Part shown: positions 26,154 through 36,265 of the stretch, one piece after another
Layout of the letters: each line of letters starts with the position of its first letter
How positions within the stretch are numbered: position 1 is the first letter of the stretch
Source of the DNA: an uncultured virus (IMG/VR IMGVR_UViG_3300031627_000893)
Taxonomy: Duplodnaviria; Heunggongvirae; Uroviricota; Caudoviricetes
DNA length: 64,000 nucleotides
Strand: one strand, 5' to 3'
IMG/VR virus record: IMGVR_UViG_3300031627_000893
Translations under genes and position numbers: made by a program
Notes under the pieces: generated by a model
What the model saw: the letters and a program-made list of their open reading frames with translations, nothing else
The model's database searches: none
Told to the model about the DNA's origin: nothing

Positions 26154-26905
26154 CTAACCCTTTTGACCATTTCGATATAATATTCTGCGTTAACCTTGAC
26201 TCTAGGCCCGAAAGGTGGGGCGAGAGCCTTGAGGAGTTTGAGAAGGTAGGAATAGCGAACAAGGTGAGAAGGTTTTCTGGGCACAAATATAATATTGACC
26301 ATTGGATGAGGGGCAGGATGGGATGCTTTTCTTCATTTCGTGAATGCGTGAAGATAGCGAACGACGAGGGAGCGGAAAATGTGCTCGTTTTCGAAGACGA
26401 TGTTAGGTTCGTAAACGATACAAATGAGGTTTTAAGTAAAAGCATAGAAGATTTAAAAAAGCGGGAGTGGGATATGTTCCACTTAGGGACTAATCCTCAA
26501 GGGAAGGGCTCCTTGGAGCGAAGAACAGATAACCTGTTGAGACTAAAGTCAGGGCTTTGCTTACATGCGGCAGCTTATAATAAAAGATTTTTTGAAGAAG
26601 TTTTAGTCACAGTTCCCGAGGGGGCTAAGATATTAGAGTGGTTGCTTAGTGAGCATAATCGAACCGGACATGGGAGCATGGATGGCTGGGTAATGACGCA
26701 TGTGTGCCCTAACAGGGAGGTTTACTGCACTAACCCTATGATAGCGACACAGAGGCCAAGCTTTTCCGATATAGATAACAAAATGTCAAATTTTGGAGAA
26801 GACTTGCTGAAAGCTTTTAGCGAATTAGCCGAAGAGCTAGAAAAGGAAATGATAGTCGCTGATGATGCTGGTGTTGATTTAAAAACTGGAAAACTTACAG
26901 TATAA
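26150..26905 (+). CDS. glycosyltransferase family 25-like
   Basis: CVNLDSRPERW, GRMGCFSS, VLVFEDD. Confidence 0.85.
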   Translation: MTNPFDHFDIIFCVNLDSRPERWGESLEEFEKVGIANKVRRFSGHKYNIDHWMRGRMGCFSSFRECVKIANDEGAENVLVFEDDVRFVNDTNEVLSKSIEDLKKREWDMFHLGTNPQGKGSLERRTDNLLRLKSGLCLHAAAYNKRFFEEVLVTVPEGAKILEWLLSEHNRTGHGSMDGWVMTHVCPNREVYCTNPMIATQRPSFSDIDNKMSNFGEDLLKAFSELAEELEKEMIVADDAGVDLKTGKLTV

Positions 26906-26910
26906 ATAAA

Positions 26911-28491
26911 ATGAAAATATGTGGATTACATGCAGGGCACGATTGCTCGTTCGCTGTTCTAGACGAAGGAAGACCAGTCGTTCATCTCGAACTAGAAAGG
27001 TTCATACGTAAAAAGGAGCCCAAGGACGATGCTTACAAATTTTTCCAAGAAAAGTATGCGGATCACGAAAACATACACTACTACGCTCATACTTTAGACA
27101 TATGGGAGCAGACTTACAAAAGCTCATACGACTCAATGATGTCCCACATCAAGGGCAAAGGGACATACCAGATACCGGGTCACCACGAATCTCACGCAGC
27201 TAATGCCTTTTTCTCCAGTAACTTTGATCAAGCATTGATCATAACAATAGACGGAGGCGGAAGAGACTATGTTAACAAAAACCATGTAGTCACCGCTTTT
27301 ACTGCATGGGAAGGAATCGGCAACAAGATATATCCAATAGAAATATTAAAAGAGCAAGAAAGCAATATTGGCTACACTTGGAGGAATTTCACAGAGTGGT
27401 CTTTCGGATTGTCTACTGGGTATCCTAAAGGCTCTCAAATGGGGACCATAATGGCTATGGCCGCATTTGGTGATCCGGTATACGAAAATGAAATGGAGTC
27501 CATGATTAGGAACTTCGAGCTTGGGTGTCAGCCCAATGAGAGGTTTGGATACTACAAGGCAATAGTGGAAAGAAGCGAGAAAGACAAATTCGACGTTGCA
27601 GCATCTCTCCAATCGGCTACTGAAAAAGTAATAAGAGAAATGATTCAGGGGTACTTAGATAAAAATCCTGATCTCAGATACTTGTGCTTCTCTGGAGGAG
27701 TAGTTCTAAACTCTCTCATGATGGGCAAAATGTGGGATTGGTTCAAAGGGAGAATAGACGATATTTATGTCTGCCCTGTTCCTTATGATTCTGGACTGGC
27801 TATTGGTTCCGCACAATGGCTATGGCATCAACACCTAGATAATCCGAGAATTAAGTGGGAGGATAATTTTACTCCTTATCTCGGGGAGCCTTATGATCAA
27901 GATCGAGTTCTGGACGCGATTTTAAAGTATACAGATAAAGTGAATTACGATTTCGTAAATGATATGGATGTCCTTGGTCTTTTAGCAGACCAAAAAATTA
28001 TCTCTATTTTCGGAGGAGGCGCAGAGTCCGGCAGAAGAGCTTTGGGTAATAGAAGCATACTCGCTGACCCGAGAAGCCCAGACATGAAGGACTTGATTAA
28101 CGATAAGGTTAAGCACAGGCAATGGTTTAGACCGTTCGCTCCGTCTATCCTAAGAGACAGAGTGGGGGATTACTTTAAGCATGATGTAGACAGCCCTTAC
28201 ATGACATATTGCCTAGAGTTCAAAGAGAGCGTCAGGGCTCAAGTCCCAGCGGTAGTACATAAAGATGGAACGGCCAGACTTCAAACGGTGTCGCAAAACG
28301 ATAACTATAGATACCACCAGCTTCTGAAGAAATGGGATGAGCTTACTGGATGCCCCATATTTTTGAATACAAGCTTTAATGATACTGAGCCCATAGTCGA
28401 GACTCCCGAGCACGGGATCAATTGCTTCTTGGGGACTAACATAGACAACTTGTTCTTTTTCGATCACAACATACTCCTATCTAAAAAATGA
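26911..28491 (+). CDS. O-carbamoyltransferase (NodU/CmcH family)
   Basis: GHDCS, ERFIRKK, HHESHAANAF, SGGVVLNS, RALGNRSILADP, RQWFRPFAP, LNTSFN. Confidence 0.95.
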   Translation: MKICGLHAGHDCSFAVLDEGRPVVHLELERFIRKKEPKDDAYKFFQEKYADHENIHYYAHTLDIWEQTYKSSYDSMMSHIKGKGTYQIPGHHESHAANAFFSSNFDQALIITIDGGGRDYVNKNHVVTAFTAWEGIGNKIYPIEILKEQESNIGYTWRNFTEWSFGLSTGYPKGSQMGTIMAMAAFGDPVYENEMESMIRNFELGCQPNERFGYYKAIVERSEKDKFDVAASLQSATEKVIREMIQGYLDKNPDLRYLCFSGGVVLNSLMMGKMWDWFKGRIDDIYVCPVPYDSGLAIGSAQWLWHQHLDNPRIKWEDNFTPYLGEPYDQDRVLDAILKYTDKVNYDFVNDMDVLGLLADQKIISIFGGGAESGRRALGNRSILADPRSPDMKDLINDKVKHRQWFRPFAPSILRDRVGDYFKHDVDSPYMTYCLEFKESVRAQVPAVVHKDGTARLQTVSQNDNYRYHQLLKKWDELTGCPIFLNTSFNDTEPIVETPEHGINCFLGTNIDNLFFFDHNILLSKK

Positions 28492-29315
28492 TAACTACAG
28501 AACTACAGGGAGGTTTAGGCAATCAATTATTTCAAATGTCTGCTGCTATCGGAGTCGCGCTAGACAACGATGATGTAGCAGGATTCGACATAAGCAAATT
28601 CGGACATACTGTACAGGGATTCAACCCTCGTAAATATGTAGATAATGTTTTCAGGAACACGATCTTCGACGAGGATATGCAGGTCGCGTTTAACTGCACC
28701 GCAGATCCAAGTCGATTCGACTACGAAAAGATCCCGTACGTAGAGGCTATGAAATTGATTGGTTATTTCCAATCTTATAAATATTTCGATGACCACAAAG
28801 ACAAAATTATAGAAATGTTTTCCGCTACAGAAGAAGTCGAGCAGAAATTCAAAGAAGAAGTTTTGCAAAAAAGCGCAGCATTACATGACGAGACACTTCG
28901 GCCTACTTGTTCCATTCATGTACGAAGAGGCTCGTATGTAAAGGACGCGTCTCATCACCCTCCCTGTAGTGCTGAATACTACGAAAAAGCAATGGAGAGC
29001 ATAGACTCTTCTCAGCAAGGGATGTCTTATCTGGTTTTTAGCGACGACAAACAGTGGTGTGAGGAAAACATTCTCCCCTTAGCGAATGGAGATAGAAGTG
29101 TTGAGTTTCATAGCAGATATCAAGATTGGGAAGAAATGTGGTTTATGTCTTTGTGCGACAATAACATCATAGCTAATAGTTCATTTAGCTGGTGGTCCGC
29201 TTACTTAAACAAGAACGATACGAAACAAGTCGTTTATCCTTCTATATGGTTTGGCCCCGCATATGCGTATTTCGACACTAAAGATCTATGCCCAGAGAAG
29301 TGGAAATCGATTTGA
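28488..29315 (+). CDS. alpha-1,2-fucosyltransferase-like (GT11)
   Basis: GGLGNQLFQ, GYFQSYKYF, HVRRG, FSDD, IIANSSFSWWSAYL. Confidence 0.93.
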   Translation: MITTELQGGLGNQLFQMSAAIGVALDNDDVAGFDISKFGHTVQGFNPRKYVDNVFRNTIFDEDMQVAFNCTADPSRFDYEKIPYVEAMKLIGYFQSYKYFDDHKDKIIEMFSATEEVEQKFKEEVLQKSAALHDETLRPTCSIHVRRGSYVKDASHHPPCSAEYYEKAMESIDSSQQGMSYLVFSDDKQWCEENILPLANGDRSVEFHSRYQDWEEMWFMSLCDNNIIANSSFSWWSAYLNKNDTKQVVYPSIWFGPAYAYFDTKDLCPEKWKSI

Positions 29316-30190
29316 CAAAAAAATCTAGCATTAACTTGTTTGACAAACAGGCTTCCCATACACCGGAGAGACTTGGGTATTACTCCTTTTCTCATAACAG
29401 AAGGCCGAAATACTTTGATTACCTCCCAAATGGGGATGACCCCGAAAACGTAGCATTGTTTACGAGCGGTTTTTTCGATGCGGATTACGTGGAAACCATA
29501 AAGGCTAAGTTAAAAATCGCTTGGATAGTGGAAACCAGATGCGTTGATTTTTGGGCTTACTCTAAAATACTAGAAACAGAGAGGGTGTTTGATTACATAT
29601 TCACATTCGACGAGACCCTTCTCTCAAGAAGCGACAAGTACATCAAAAACTTGATCGCTAGTTCCAGAGTTCTGGATGAAGACTGTGGAGTTAAGGAAAA
29701 AAGCAAAAATATATCCATGATCGACAGTGGCAAGAGGTTTTGCTCTGGTCATATTTTCAGAGGCGAAGTCTACGATAAAGTGGTTAGGGACAAGCCAGTG
29801 GATATGTGGGGACGTACTCATAAGCCCTTCGCTTTAGACGAACTGCACAAGGAAAAGGAGGAGCCTTTAGGCGATTACAGGTTCTCAGTGACCATAGAGA
29901 ATGAATCTGCAACTAATTATTTTACCGAGAAAATCATAGACTGCTTCATGTACGGGACTGTTCCGATTTATTGGGGATGTCCTAACATTCTAGATTTTTT
30001 CAACACAAAAGGGATAGTCACATTTAGTACGCTAGATGAGCTCGATGCTTTGTTAGATAACATGACCCCAGAATACTATAATTCAATACTCGATGCCGTT
30101 CGGGATAATCATGAAAGGTGCAAGGAATATTTATCCATGGACGATACATTAGCTAAAAACTTAGACCTTACTTTAAATCGTAAGAAGTGA
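29288..30190 (+). CDS. alpha-1,3-fucosyltransferase-like (GT10)
   Basis: YRFSVTIEN....YFTEKIIDCF..GTVPIYWG. Confidence 0.88.
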   Translation: MPREVEIDLTKKSSINLFDKQASHTPERLGYYSFSHNRRPKYFDYLPNGDDPENVALFTSGFFDADYVETIKAKLKIAWIVETRCVDFWAYSKILETERVFDYIFTFDETLLSRSDKYIKNLIASSRVLDEDCGVKEKSKNISMIDSGKRFCSGHIFRGEVYDKVVRDKPVDMWGRTHKPFALDELHKEKEEPLGDYRFSVTIENESATNYFTEKIIDCFMYGTVPIYWGCPNILDFFNTKGIVTFSTLDELDALLDNMTPEYYNSILDAVRDNHERCKEYLSMDDTLAKNLDLTLNRKK

Positions 30191-30193
30191 ATA

Positions 30194-30610
30194 ATGAATA
30201 GGAAATACTTACCCACATTCGCTGAGTTAGTTGATAGGATGACAATTTGTCAACTGAAAGCTATTTTTATCCCCGAGAATAAGGGGCCTTACGACCAAGA
30301 GATAAGTGACATTAAGCACGATCTTAACGAAATAATTAAAGAGAAGGATATAAAATTAACGGGCGAATTGCTAAGGGCAACCACGCTGGTAATGTTGACG
30401 AATAGATACATTTGGGAAAACGAAAGCAAATGTAGAAACGGAGACGCCCAAAGTTTAGAGCTTCTTAAACTAACTCATTCTATCAACGGAGTAAGGAACA
30501 CTGCTAAAAATGTCATCTCTAAGGAGTTAGGGGAAAGAGTAGACTTAAAGACTGATTGCTTAGCTGCCGAATTAAAATCCGATTTTCAAAATTGGGATAT
30601 TTTCGAATGA
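30194..30610 (+). CDS. helical hypothetical protein associated with glycan clusters (DUF6165-like)
   Basis: AELVDRMTI.QLK...N..IWENE...R...N..R...KN. Confidence 0.6.
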   Translation: MNRKYLPTFAELVDRMTICQLKAIFIPENKGPYDQEISDIKHDLNEIIKEKDIKLTGELLRATTLVMLTNRYIWENESKCRNGDAQSLELLKLTHSINGVRNTAKNVISKELGERVDLKTDCLAAELKSDFQNWDIFE

Positions 30611-31344
30611 GAGTTTTAGTTGTAGGAGATATTTGCGAAGACGTATTCCACTATGTCAAGTGTGATCGACTTTGCCCAGAGGCTCCAGTCCCCGTGGTAG
30701 TAGTAAAGAATACTAAAGAAAGCTACGGCATGGCTGGAAATGTCTCTCGAAACCTAGAGTCTTTAGGATGCAGTGTTGATCTTATATCGAATCAAGAAAG
30801 AATACGAAAAGTAAGATATGTAGATGACAACACTAACCAAATGTTCATAAGGGTAGACGACGATAAAGATGTCCAAAGAATACGAGGTATAGAAGATGTG
30901 AACTTTAAAGACTATGCGTGTGTCGTAATATCCGATTACGATAAGGGGTTCCTAAGTGAGGAAGACATAAAGAAGATAAGTGAAAAACATCATGTTACTT
31001 TTTTGGATTCTAAAAAATACATTGGATCTTGGTGTGAGGATATAACTTATATCAAAATAAACTCCTTTGAGTACGAGAGGACACTTCACACGATTAAGGG
31101 CATGGACAGTATCTTAGATAAGATGATTATCACGGCAGGATCTAATGGCTGCACGTACAAAGATAAGGTATACCCAGTTTCAAAGGTAGATGTAAAAGAT
31201 CTCAGTGGTGCTGGTGATAGTTTTTTGGCTGGTTTGGTTAAAAAATATATAACGACAAAGAATATCAAAGACTCGATAGAGTTCGCTAATCATTGCGCTA
31301 CGCAGGTAGTTCAGCAAAGGGGCGTCTCAACAATAACACGATAA
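30607..31344 (+). CDS. heptose 7-phosphate kinase-like (RfaE/HldE domain I, PfkB family)
   Basis: VVGDICED, RLCPEAPVPV, GMAGNV..NL, ISDYDKG, DLSGAGDSF. Confidence 0.9.
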   Translation: MRVLVVGDICEDVFHYVKCDRLCPEAPVPVVVVKNTKESYGMAGNVSRNLESLGCSVDLISNQERIRKVRYVDDNTNQMFIRVDDDKDVQRIRGIEDVNFKDYACVVISDYDKGFLSEEDIKKISEKHHVTFLDSKKYIGSWCEDITYIKINSFEYERTLHTIKGMDSILDKMIITAGSNGCTYKDKVYPVSKVDVKDLSGAGDSFLAGLVKKYITTKNIKDSIEFANHCATQVVQQRGVSTITR

Positions 31345-32351
31345 TGAAAAGAGTATTAGTAACTGGAGCCACAGGATTTGTGGGTAGCCACATGATAGAC
31401 TTCCTCTTAGAGAAGGAACCCGAATGTCGAATCTACGCCACTAAAAGGTGGAGGAGCAGAACCGACAACATAAAGCATTTGATTGATAACCCGAGAGTCG
31501 AGTTTTTAGAGTTTGACCTTACCGATAGATCTTCGATTGCAACGGCACTTACTAAATCTTATCCCGATACTATATATCATTTCGCAGCGCAAAGCTTTCC
31601 GGGTACATCTTTTAATACGCCTATTCAAACGCTAACGACCAATGTTCTAGGGACGAGCAACTTGTTCGAGGAAATAAGACTTTTAAAAGCATACGATTCT
31701 GACTGCGATTTCGATCCTAAAGTAGTAAGCATCTCTTCAAGCGAAGTATATGGGAACCCGAACGAAGACGAAGTTCCCATAAAAGAAACCAACCCAATTA
31801 GGGCCGCTAACCCATATTCGATAAGTAAGGTTGGTCACGACTTGATGTCTCAGTATTATCACACGGCTTACGGGATAAGGGTTGTCATAACTCGTATGTT
31901 CAGTCACGAAGGGAAACGAAGGGGCAAAGAGTTTGCGTTATCTTCTTTTGCTCATCAAATAGTCCAGCATGAGAAGTCCCCGAACTTCCCTAATGAAGGA
32001 CCTTACGAGATAAAGGTAGGCAACTTGAATTCCACCAGAACTTATAATCATATTGAAGACGCGGTAAACGCATACTATTTAGCCGCCACAAAAGCCACTT
32101 CCGGCGAAGTTTACAACATCGGCGGTGATGAGACCTGCTTGGTCGGGGAAGCGTTAGAGATGCTGTTAGAGCAGTCCAAGGCCCCAAGAGATAAGTGGAC
32201 CATAGTGGTTGACAAAGAAAGGTTGAGACCCACGGATATTACGCTTCAAATACCCGACAGCACAAAGTTCAGAGAAGAAACAGGGTGGACTTTAACGAGG
32301 ACGCTCAAGGATATATGTGAAGACCTATTGGATTACTGGAGAAATGTCTAA
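31344..32351 (+). CDS. GDP-mannose 4,6-dehydratase / Rmd-like extended SDR
   Basis: TGATGFVG, HFAAQS, SSSEVYG, PYSISK, RMFSHEG. Confidence 0.85.
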   Translation: MKRVLVTGATGFVGSHMIDFLLEKEPECRIYATKRWRSRTDNIKHLIDNPRVEFLEFDLTDRSSIATALTKSYPDTIYHFAAQSFPGTSFNTPIQTLTTNVLGTSNLFEEIRLLKAYDSDCDFDPKVVSISSSEVYGNPNEDEVPIKETNPIRAANPYSISKVGHDLMSQYYHTAYGIRVVITRMFSHEGKRRGKEFALSSFAHQIVQHEKSPNFPNEGPYEIKVGNLNSTRTYNHIEDAVNAYYLAATKATSGEVYNIGGDETCLVGEALEMLLEQSKAPRDKWTIVVDKERLRPTDITLQIPDSTKFREETGWTLTRTLKDICEDLLDYWRNV

Positions 32352-33348
32352 CAAAATACTTATCATTTACAATACTTGCGCTTTATATGAGAAGGAAGCG
32401 AAAGTGGACTCTTGGATAGATCAGATAAAAGCTATCCTATCTCAAAATTCTATTTCAAGCTGCAAAGTAGTCCACTCCGATTGCGGGACTCACACAAGAC
32501 ATAGGTCTAAAATTAAAGAGTATTTTGGGTCTGATTTATCTTATTATCACACTGCGGAAGCTTTACCTATACAAACGACCTGTAATCATGCAGCAAAAAA
32601 AATGGTGAATGAGTTTGGGAATTTTGAAACTTATTTGTATTTAGGTGCAGGAGTCAAATTTACGCACAATGCCCAACTAGAAATAGCTCATGAGACATTG
32701 ACGACTTCAAGGAGATTATCGAAATTAGATTTCCACGTTATTAGACCTCCTGAGTTACCCCCTGCGGAAGAGATGCACCCCCCTTTTGATTTCTACGACA
32801 ACATGGACAGGGGAAGCGATCACTTTTATGCCTTAAAGCCCGGACAAAGAGTCAATAATCATACTGCGATGTTTACTCATTCTCATTTTGAGAGTTACGG
32901 AGACAGGCTGCTTCCCGATGCGTACAACGGAAACGGAGCAGAGTCTATATATCCGTTTTTAGCTTCGGCACTTGGTAAACAGCATGGAATACTAAGTTTT
33001 AAATACGCCGGTAGCCTATTTCATATACCAGACCATGACGGGGCTAATCAATTTTTGCCATTAACAAGTGGGGAAAACAGGCTTAGCTACTTCTACAATT
33101 GGGCGTTTAGAAACGATCCTAATCATTTCGATGAGCTAAATGAAAAGGGAGCGGAGTACGGCATACAGACGGATGTGCCAGAGAAAGAATATTGTCAGAG
33201 GCAAATACCTATCAAAGCGTTTACTGAAGATGGGCTCCCCAAATCCGAAGAACAAAAGAAGAAAATCTACGAACTTCTTTGCGAGTACGCTTTTCTCGAT
33301 ATAAATAAACTTAATTATGATGAAATTGAACACACTTTTGAGCCATGA
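32344..33348 (+). CDS. hypothetical protein, possibly a divergent GT-A glycosyltransferase
   Basis: GT2-like N-terminus (ILIIYNT...VVHSDCG); located inside the glycan cluster. Confidence 0.5.
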   Translation: MSNKILIIYNTCALYEKEAKVDSWIDQIKAILSQNSISSCKVVHSDCGTHTRHRSKIKEYFGSDLSYYHTAEALPIQTTCNHAAKKMVNEFGNFETYLYLGAGVKFTHNAQLEIAHETLTTSRRLSKLDFHVIRPPELPPAEEMHPPFDFYDNMDRGSDHFYALKPGQRVNNHTAMFTHSHFESYGDRLLPDAYNGNGAESIYPFLASALGKQHGILSFKYAGSLFHIPDHDGANQFLPLTSGENRLSYFYNWAFRNDPNHFDELNEKGAEYGIQTDVPEKEYCQRQIPIKAFTEDGLPKSEEQKKKIYELLCEYAFLDINKLNYDEIEHTFEP

Positions 33349-33863
33349 TTTTTGACAACGAAATTAAAACATTCTGCCCTGACATCCATAAGGACTACAG
33401 GGGAGATTTATGGACGACACACAAACGAGACTCCTTTAAGCCAGAGCTTGACTTCAAGCATGATAAATACTCTACTTCTGGCAAGGGAGTATTGAGGGGT
33501 CTACATGGAGATTTCGAAACCTACAAGTTAGTGTCTTGCTTATCAGGAAGCATGTACTTTGTAGTCGTAGACAATAGAGAAGATTCCGTTACCTACTTAG
33601 CTTGGGATTCTTTGATACTAGACGATAAGGAGAGAAAACAAGTACTTATACCACCGGGTTTTGCTAATGGTTTTTATGTTTTAGAGGGCCCAGCTTTATT
33701 CAGCTACAAGCTCAGCTACCCCACGAGTTACGTTGATGCAGATAAACAGTTTACATTGAAATGGAACGATCCGAATCTGGGAATAGATTGGCCAGATGAT
33801 AACCCAATTTTGTCAGAAAGAGATAAATCATGTCAGAATTTACATCTAAAGCCCATAGCGTAA
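33345..33863 (+). CDS. rmlC: NDP-4-keto-6-deoxyhexose 3,5-epimerase (RmlC family)
   Basis: DYRG, GVLRGLH, KLVSC..G, IPPGFANGF, WNDP.LGIDWP...PILSERD. Confidence 0.92.
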   Translation: MIFDNEIKTFCPDIHKDYRGDLWTTHKRDSFKPELDFKHDKYSTSGKGVLRGLHGDFETYKLVSCLSGSMYFVVVDNREDSVTYLAWDSLILDDKERKQVLIPPGFANGFYVLEGPALFSYKLSYPTSYVDADKQFTLKWNDPNLGIDWPDDNPILSERDKSCQNLHLKPIA

Positions 33864-34504
33864 AAGGAATCAGGTGTTCTCTACCAGAGGTAAGTGAGCC
33901 TAAAATGAGTGCACAGGAACTCGTTGCTTTTGAAAGAGACATAGCTACTATTTTCGATGATGCTAAAATAAGAGCCCCAGTTCATCTCTATAGCAATAAT
34001 GAAGAGAAGATGGTGGAGGTATTCAAAAGGATATCTGATAAAGACTGGGTTCTATGCACTTGGAGAAGTCACTACCAATGCTTATTGAAGGGTGTCGATC
34101 CCGAATTCTTAAAGGGAGAAATAATAAAAGGTAAATCAATTGCACTTAACTTTAAGGAGCAGAAAGTTTTGTCGTCCGCGATTGTAACCGGAGTCCTTCC
34201 TATATCGGTAGGGTTAGGGAAAGCTATCAAAATGAGAGGCTCCGATGAAAAAGTATTTTGTTTTGTAGGAGACATGACAAGCATGACGGGTTCTTTTTTG
34301 GAGTGCTTTAATTACTGTAAAAATCACGACCTTCCTGTTTATTGGGTCATAGAAGATAATAACAAATCCGTATGTACGGATACCCGAAAAACTTGGAACA
34401 CAGACTTACTTGAAATGGAGAAAAATCCAGATGAGCATATAATCTATTATTACTACAGTAGCATATATCCCCATGCTGGTGCGGGTAAGAGGGTCCAATT
34501 CTAA
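33830..34504 (+). CDS. TPP-dependent enzyme, E1 alpha-like subunit
   Basis: APVHL, TWRSHY, SAIV, TPP motif GD...EDN. Confidence 0.85.
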   Translation: MSEFTSKAHSVKGIRCSLPEVSEPKMSAQELVAFERDIATIFDDAKIRAPVHLYSNNEEKMVEVFKRISDKDWVLCTWRSHYQCLLKGVDPEFLKGEIIKGKSIALNFKEQKVLSSAIVTGVLPISVGLGKAIKMRGSDEKVFCFVGDMTSMTGSFLECFNYCKNHDLPVYWVIEDNNKSVCTDTRKTWNTDLLEMEKNPDEHIIYYYYSSIYPHAGAGKRVQF

Positions 34505-35040
34505 TGAAATACGCAGAGGAACTAAAGAGATCGATGGAGCTTCTCGCTCAAAACGACAAAGTAATCTTTCTCGGACAAGCAGTATCGGACAAGGGGACGG
34601 CTATGACAAATAGCCTAGAAAACGTATCTGAAGATAAAAAAATAGAGTGGACCGTTACCGAGGATATGCAAATGGGAGCGAGTATCGGAATGGCACTCGA
34701 AGGCTTAATCCCTGTCTCTCTTTACCCAAGGTGGAATTTCCTTTGCCTAGCTACGAATCAGATCGTAAATCACTTAGATAAGCTTCCTGCAATGTCAGAC
34801 GGCCAATATTCTCCTAGAGTTATAATCCGAACTAGTATCGGAGCTCAAAGGCCACTTCATCCGCAACATCAACACGTTGATGATTTTACTGAAGCATATA
34901 GGCTTATGTGCCCCAACGTGAATATAGTAAGACTAGACGAACCAGAGGAAATTTACCCAGCCTATGAAAAGGCACTAACCAGAGAAGACAGCAAAAGCAC
35001 TATTCTTGTAGAATGGGGCGACTACCACGGAGAAAAATGA
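34504..35040 (+). CDS. TPP-dependent enzyme, E1 beta-like subunit (pyrimidine-binding domain only)
   Basis: IFLGQ, EDMQMGASIGMAL.G..P, NQIVN, HPQHQH. Confidence 0.85.
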   Translation: MKYAEELKRSMELLAQNDKVIFLGQAVSDKGTAMTNSLENVSEDKKIEWTVTEDMQMGASIGMALEGLIPVSLYPRWNFLCLATNQIVNHLDKLPAMSDGQYSPRVIIRTSIGAQRPLHPQHQHVDDFTEAYRLMCPNVNIVRLDEPEEIYPAYEKALTREDSKSTILVEWGDYHGEK

Positions 35041-36251
35041 GTTTCAATTGGCCATTAATAAATGACAATTTTTCTGAAGTAGACAGAGAGGAAGTTATCT
35101 CTTGGCTCAGAAAAAATCCTAGGCTTACCCAAGGCCCCAAAGTGGCCGAATTCGAAGAAGTTTGGAGTGAGTGGCAAGGAGTGAAGCATTCTGTTTTCGT
35201 TAACTCTGGGGCCAGTGCTAACTTCATAATGTTCTCCATAGTCAATGAGCTTATAGGGAGAAATCACTTTTTAAAAACAGGCAGACAGGCAGAAGTAATT
35301 ACCTCTCCCTTGGGTTGGGTGTCAGACGTAAGCCCTGTGGTTATGATGGGGATGAAGCCAGTTTTCGTTGACGTAAATCTGCAAAATATGTCGATGAACA
35401 CTGAAAAAATAATAGAAGCGGTGACAGAAGACACGGTGGCTATAAATTTGGTTCATGTTCTTGGGTTTAACGCTGTTGACTCGGGTCTAGTTCAGTATTG
35501 CGACGAGAAAGGCATCCTGCTCATAGAGGACTGCTGCGAATCGCATGGGGCAACTTACCTTGATAACAAAATAGGGACTTACGGAGATATGTCTAATTTC
35601 TCTTTTTACTTTGGTCATCATATGACGACTATTGAGGGAGGCATGGTTTGCACTAACGATGACGAACTGTACGAATACATGAAACTATTTAGATCTCACG
35701 GCATGACAAGAGAGACCTCCCCGAAGTTTAGGGAGCGTTACGAGAAAGAATACCCCGAGCTTAACCCCTTATTTACTTTTGCTGTCCCCGCAATAAATAT
35801 GAGGAATACGGAATTTAATGCTGTGGTGGGGTTGTCTCAAATTAAAAGACTGGACACAAATATAAGTTTAAGGCAGCACAATCTAAATGTTTGGCTAGAC
35901 AACTTAGATCCTAAAATCTTTTATACGAACTTCGACTCTAAAGGGAGCAGCAACTTTTCTCTGCCTTTAATAGTCAGGCCCGATATGACAGAAGAGGACA
36001 AAGAAGGCTTGATGGGTGAGGTTTGTGAAGTGCTAGAAGAAGAAAAAATAGAGTACAGGGTGGGCACTGCTGGTGGAGGCAATCAGACATTACAGCCCTA
36101 TCTAAAGTCAGGAAAATACGAATACAGAATACACGACCATCTAGATAATACTAATCATATACATGATTATGGACTGTACATAGGCAATCACACAGAGCTA
36201 ACAGAACAACAAGTGATTAATCTATGTGACCAGTTAGCATCTACACCTTAG
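35037..36251 (+). CDS. PLP-dependent NDP-4-keto-6-deoxyhexose 3-dehydratase (ColD/RfbH-like, DegT family)
   Basis: VNSGASAN, EDCCESHGA, SFYFGHHMTTIEGG with His at the Schiff-base Lys position. Confidence 0.88.
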   Translation: MSFNWPLINDNFSEVDREEVISWLRKNPRLTQGPKVAEFEEVWSEWQGVKHSVFVNSGASANFIMFSIVNELIGRNHFLKTGRQAEVITSPLGWVSDVSPVVMMGMKPVFVDVNLQNMSMNTEKIIEAVTEDTVAINLVHVLGFNAVDSGLVQYCDEKGILLIEDCCESHGATYLDNKIGTYGDMSNFSFYFGHHMTTIEGGMVCTNDDELYEYMKLFRSHGMTRETSPKFRERYEKEYPELNPLFTFAVPAINMRNTEFNAVVGLSQIKRLDTNISLRQHNLNVWLDNLDPKIFYTNFDSKGSSNFSLPLIVRPDMTEEDKEGLMGEVCEVLEEEKIEYRVGTAGGGNQTLQPYLKSGKYEYRIHDHLDNTNHIHDYGLYIGNHTELTEQQVINLCDQLASTP

Positions 36252-36265
36252 AAATTAAATATACT

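Noticed and set aside
33830..35040. Pyruvate dehydrogenase as an auxiliary metabolic gene
   Set aside because: Both subunits are short, E2 and E3 are absent, and the pair sits between RmlC and a ColD-like gene.
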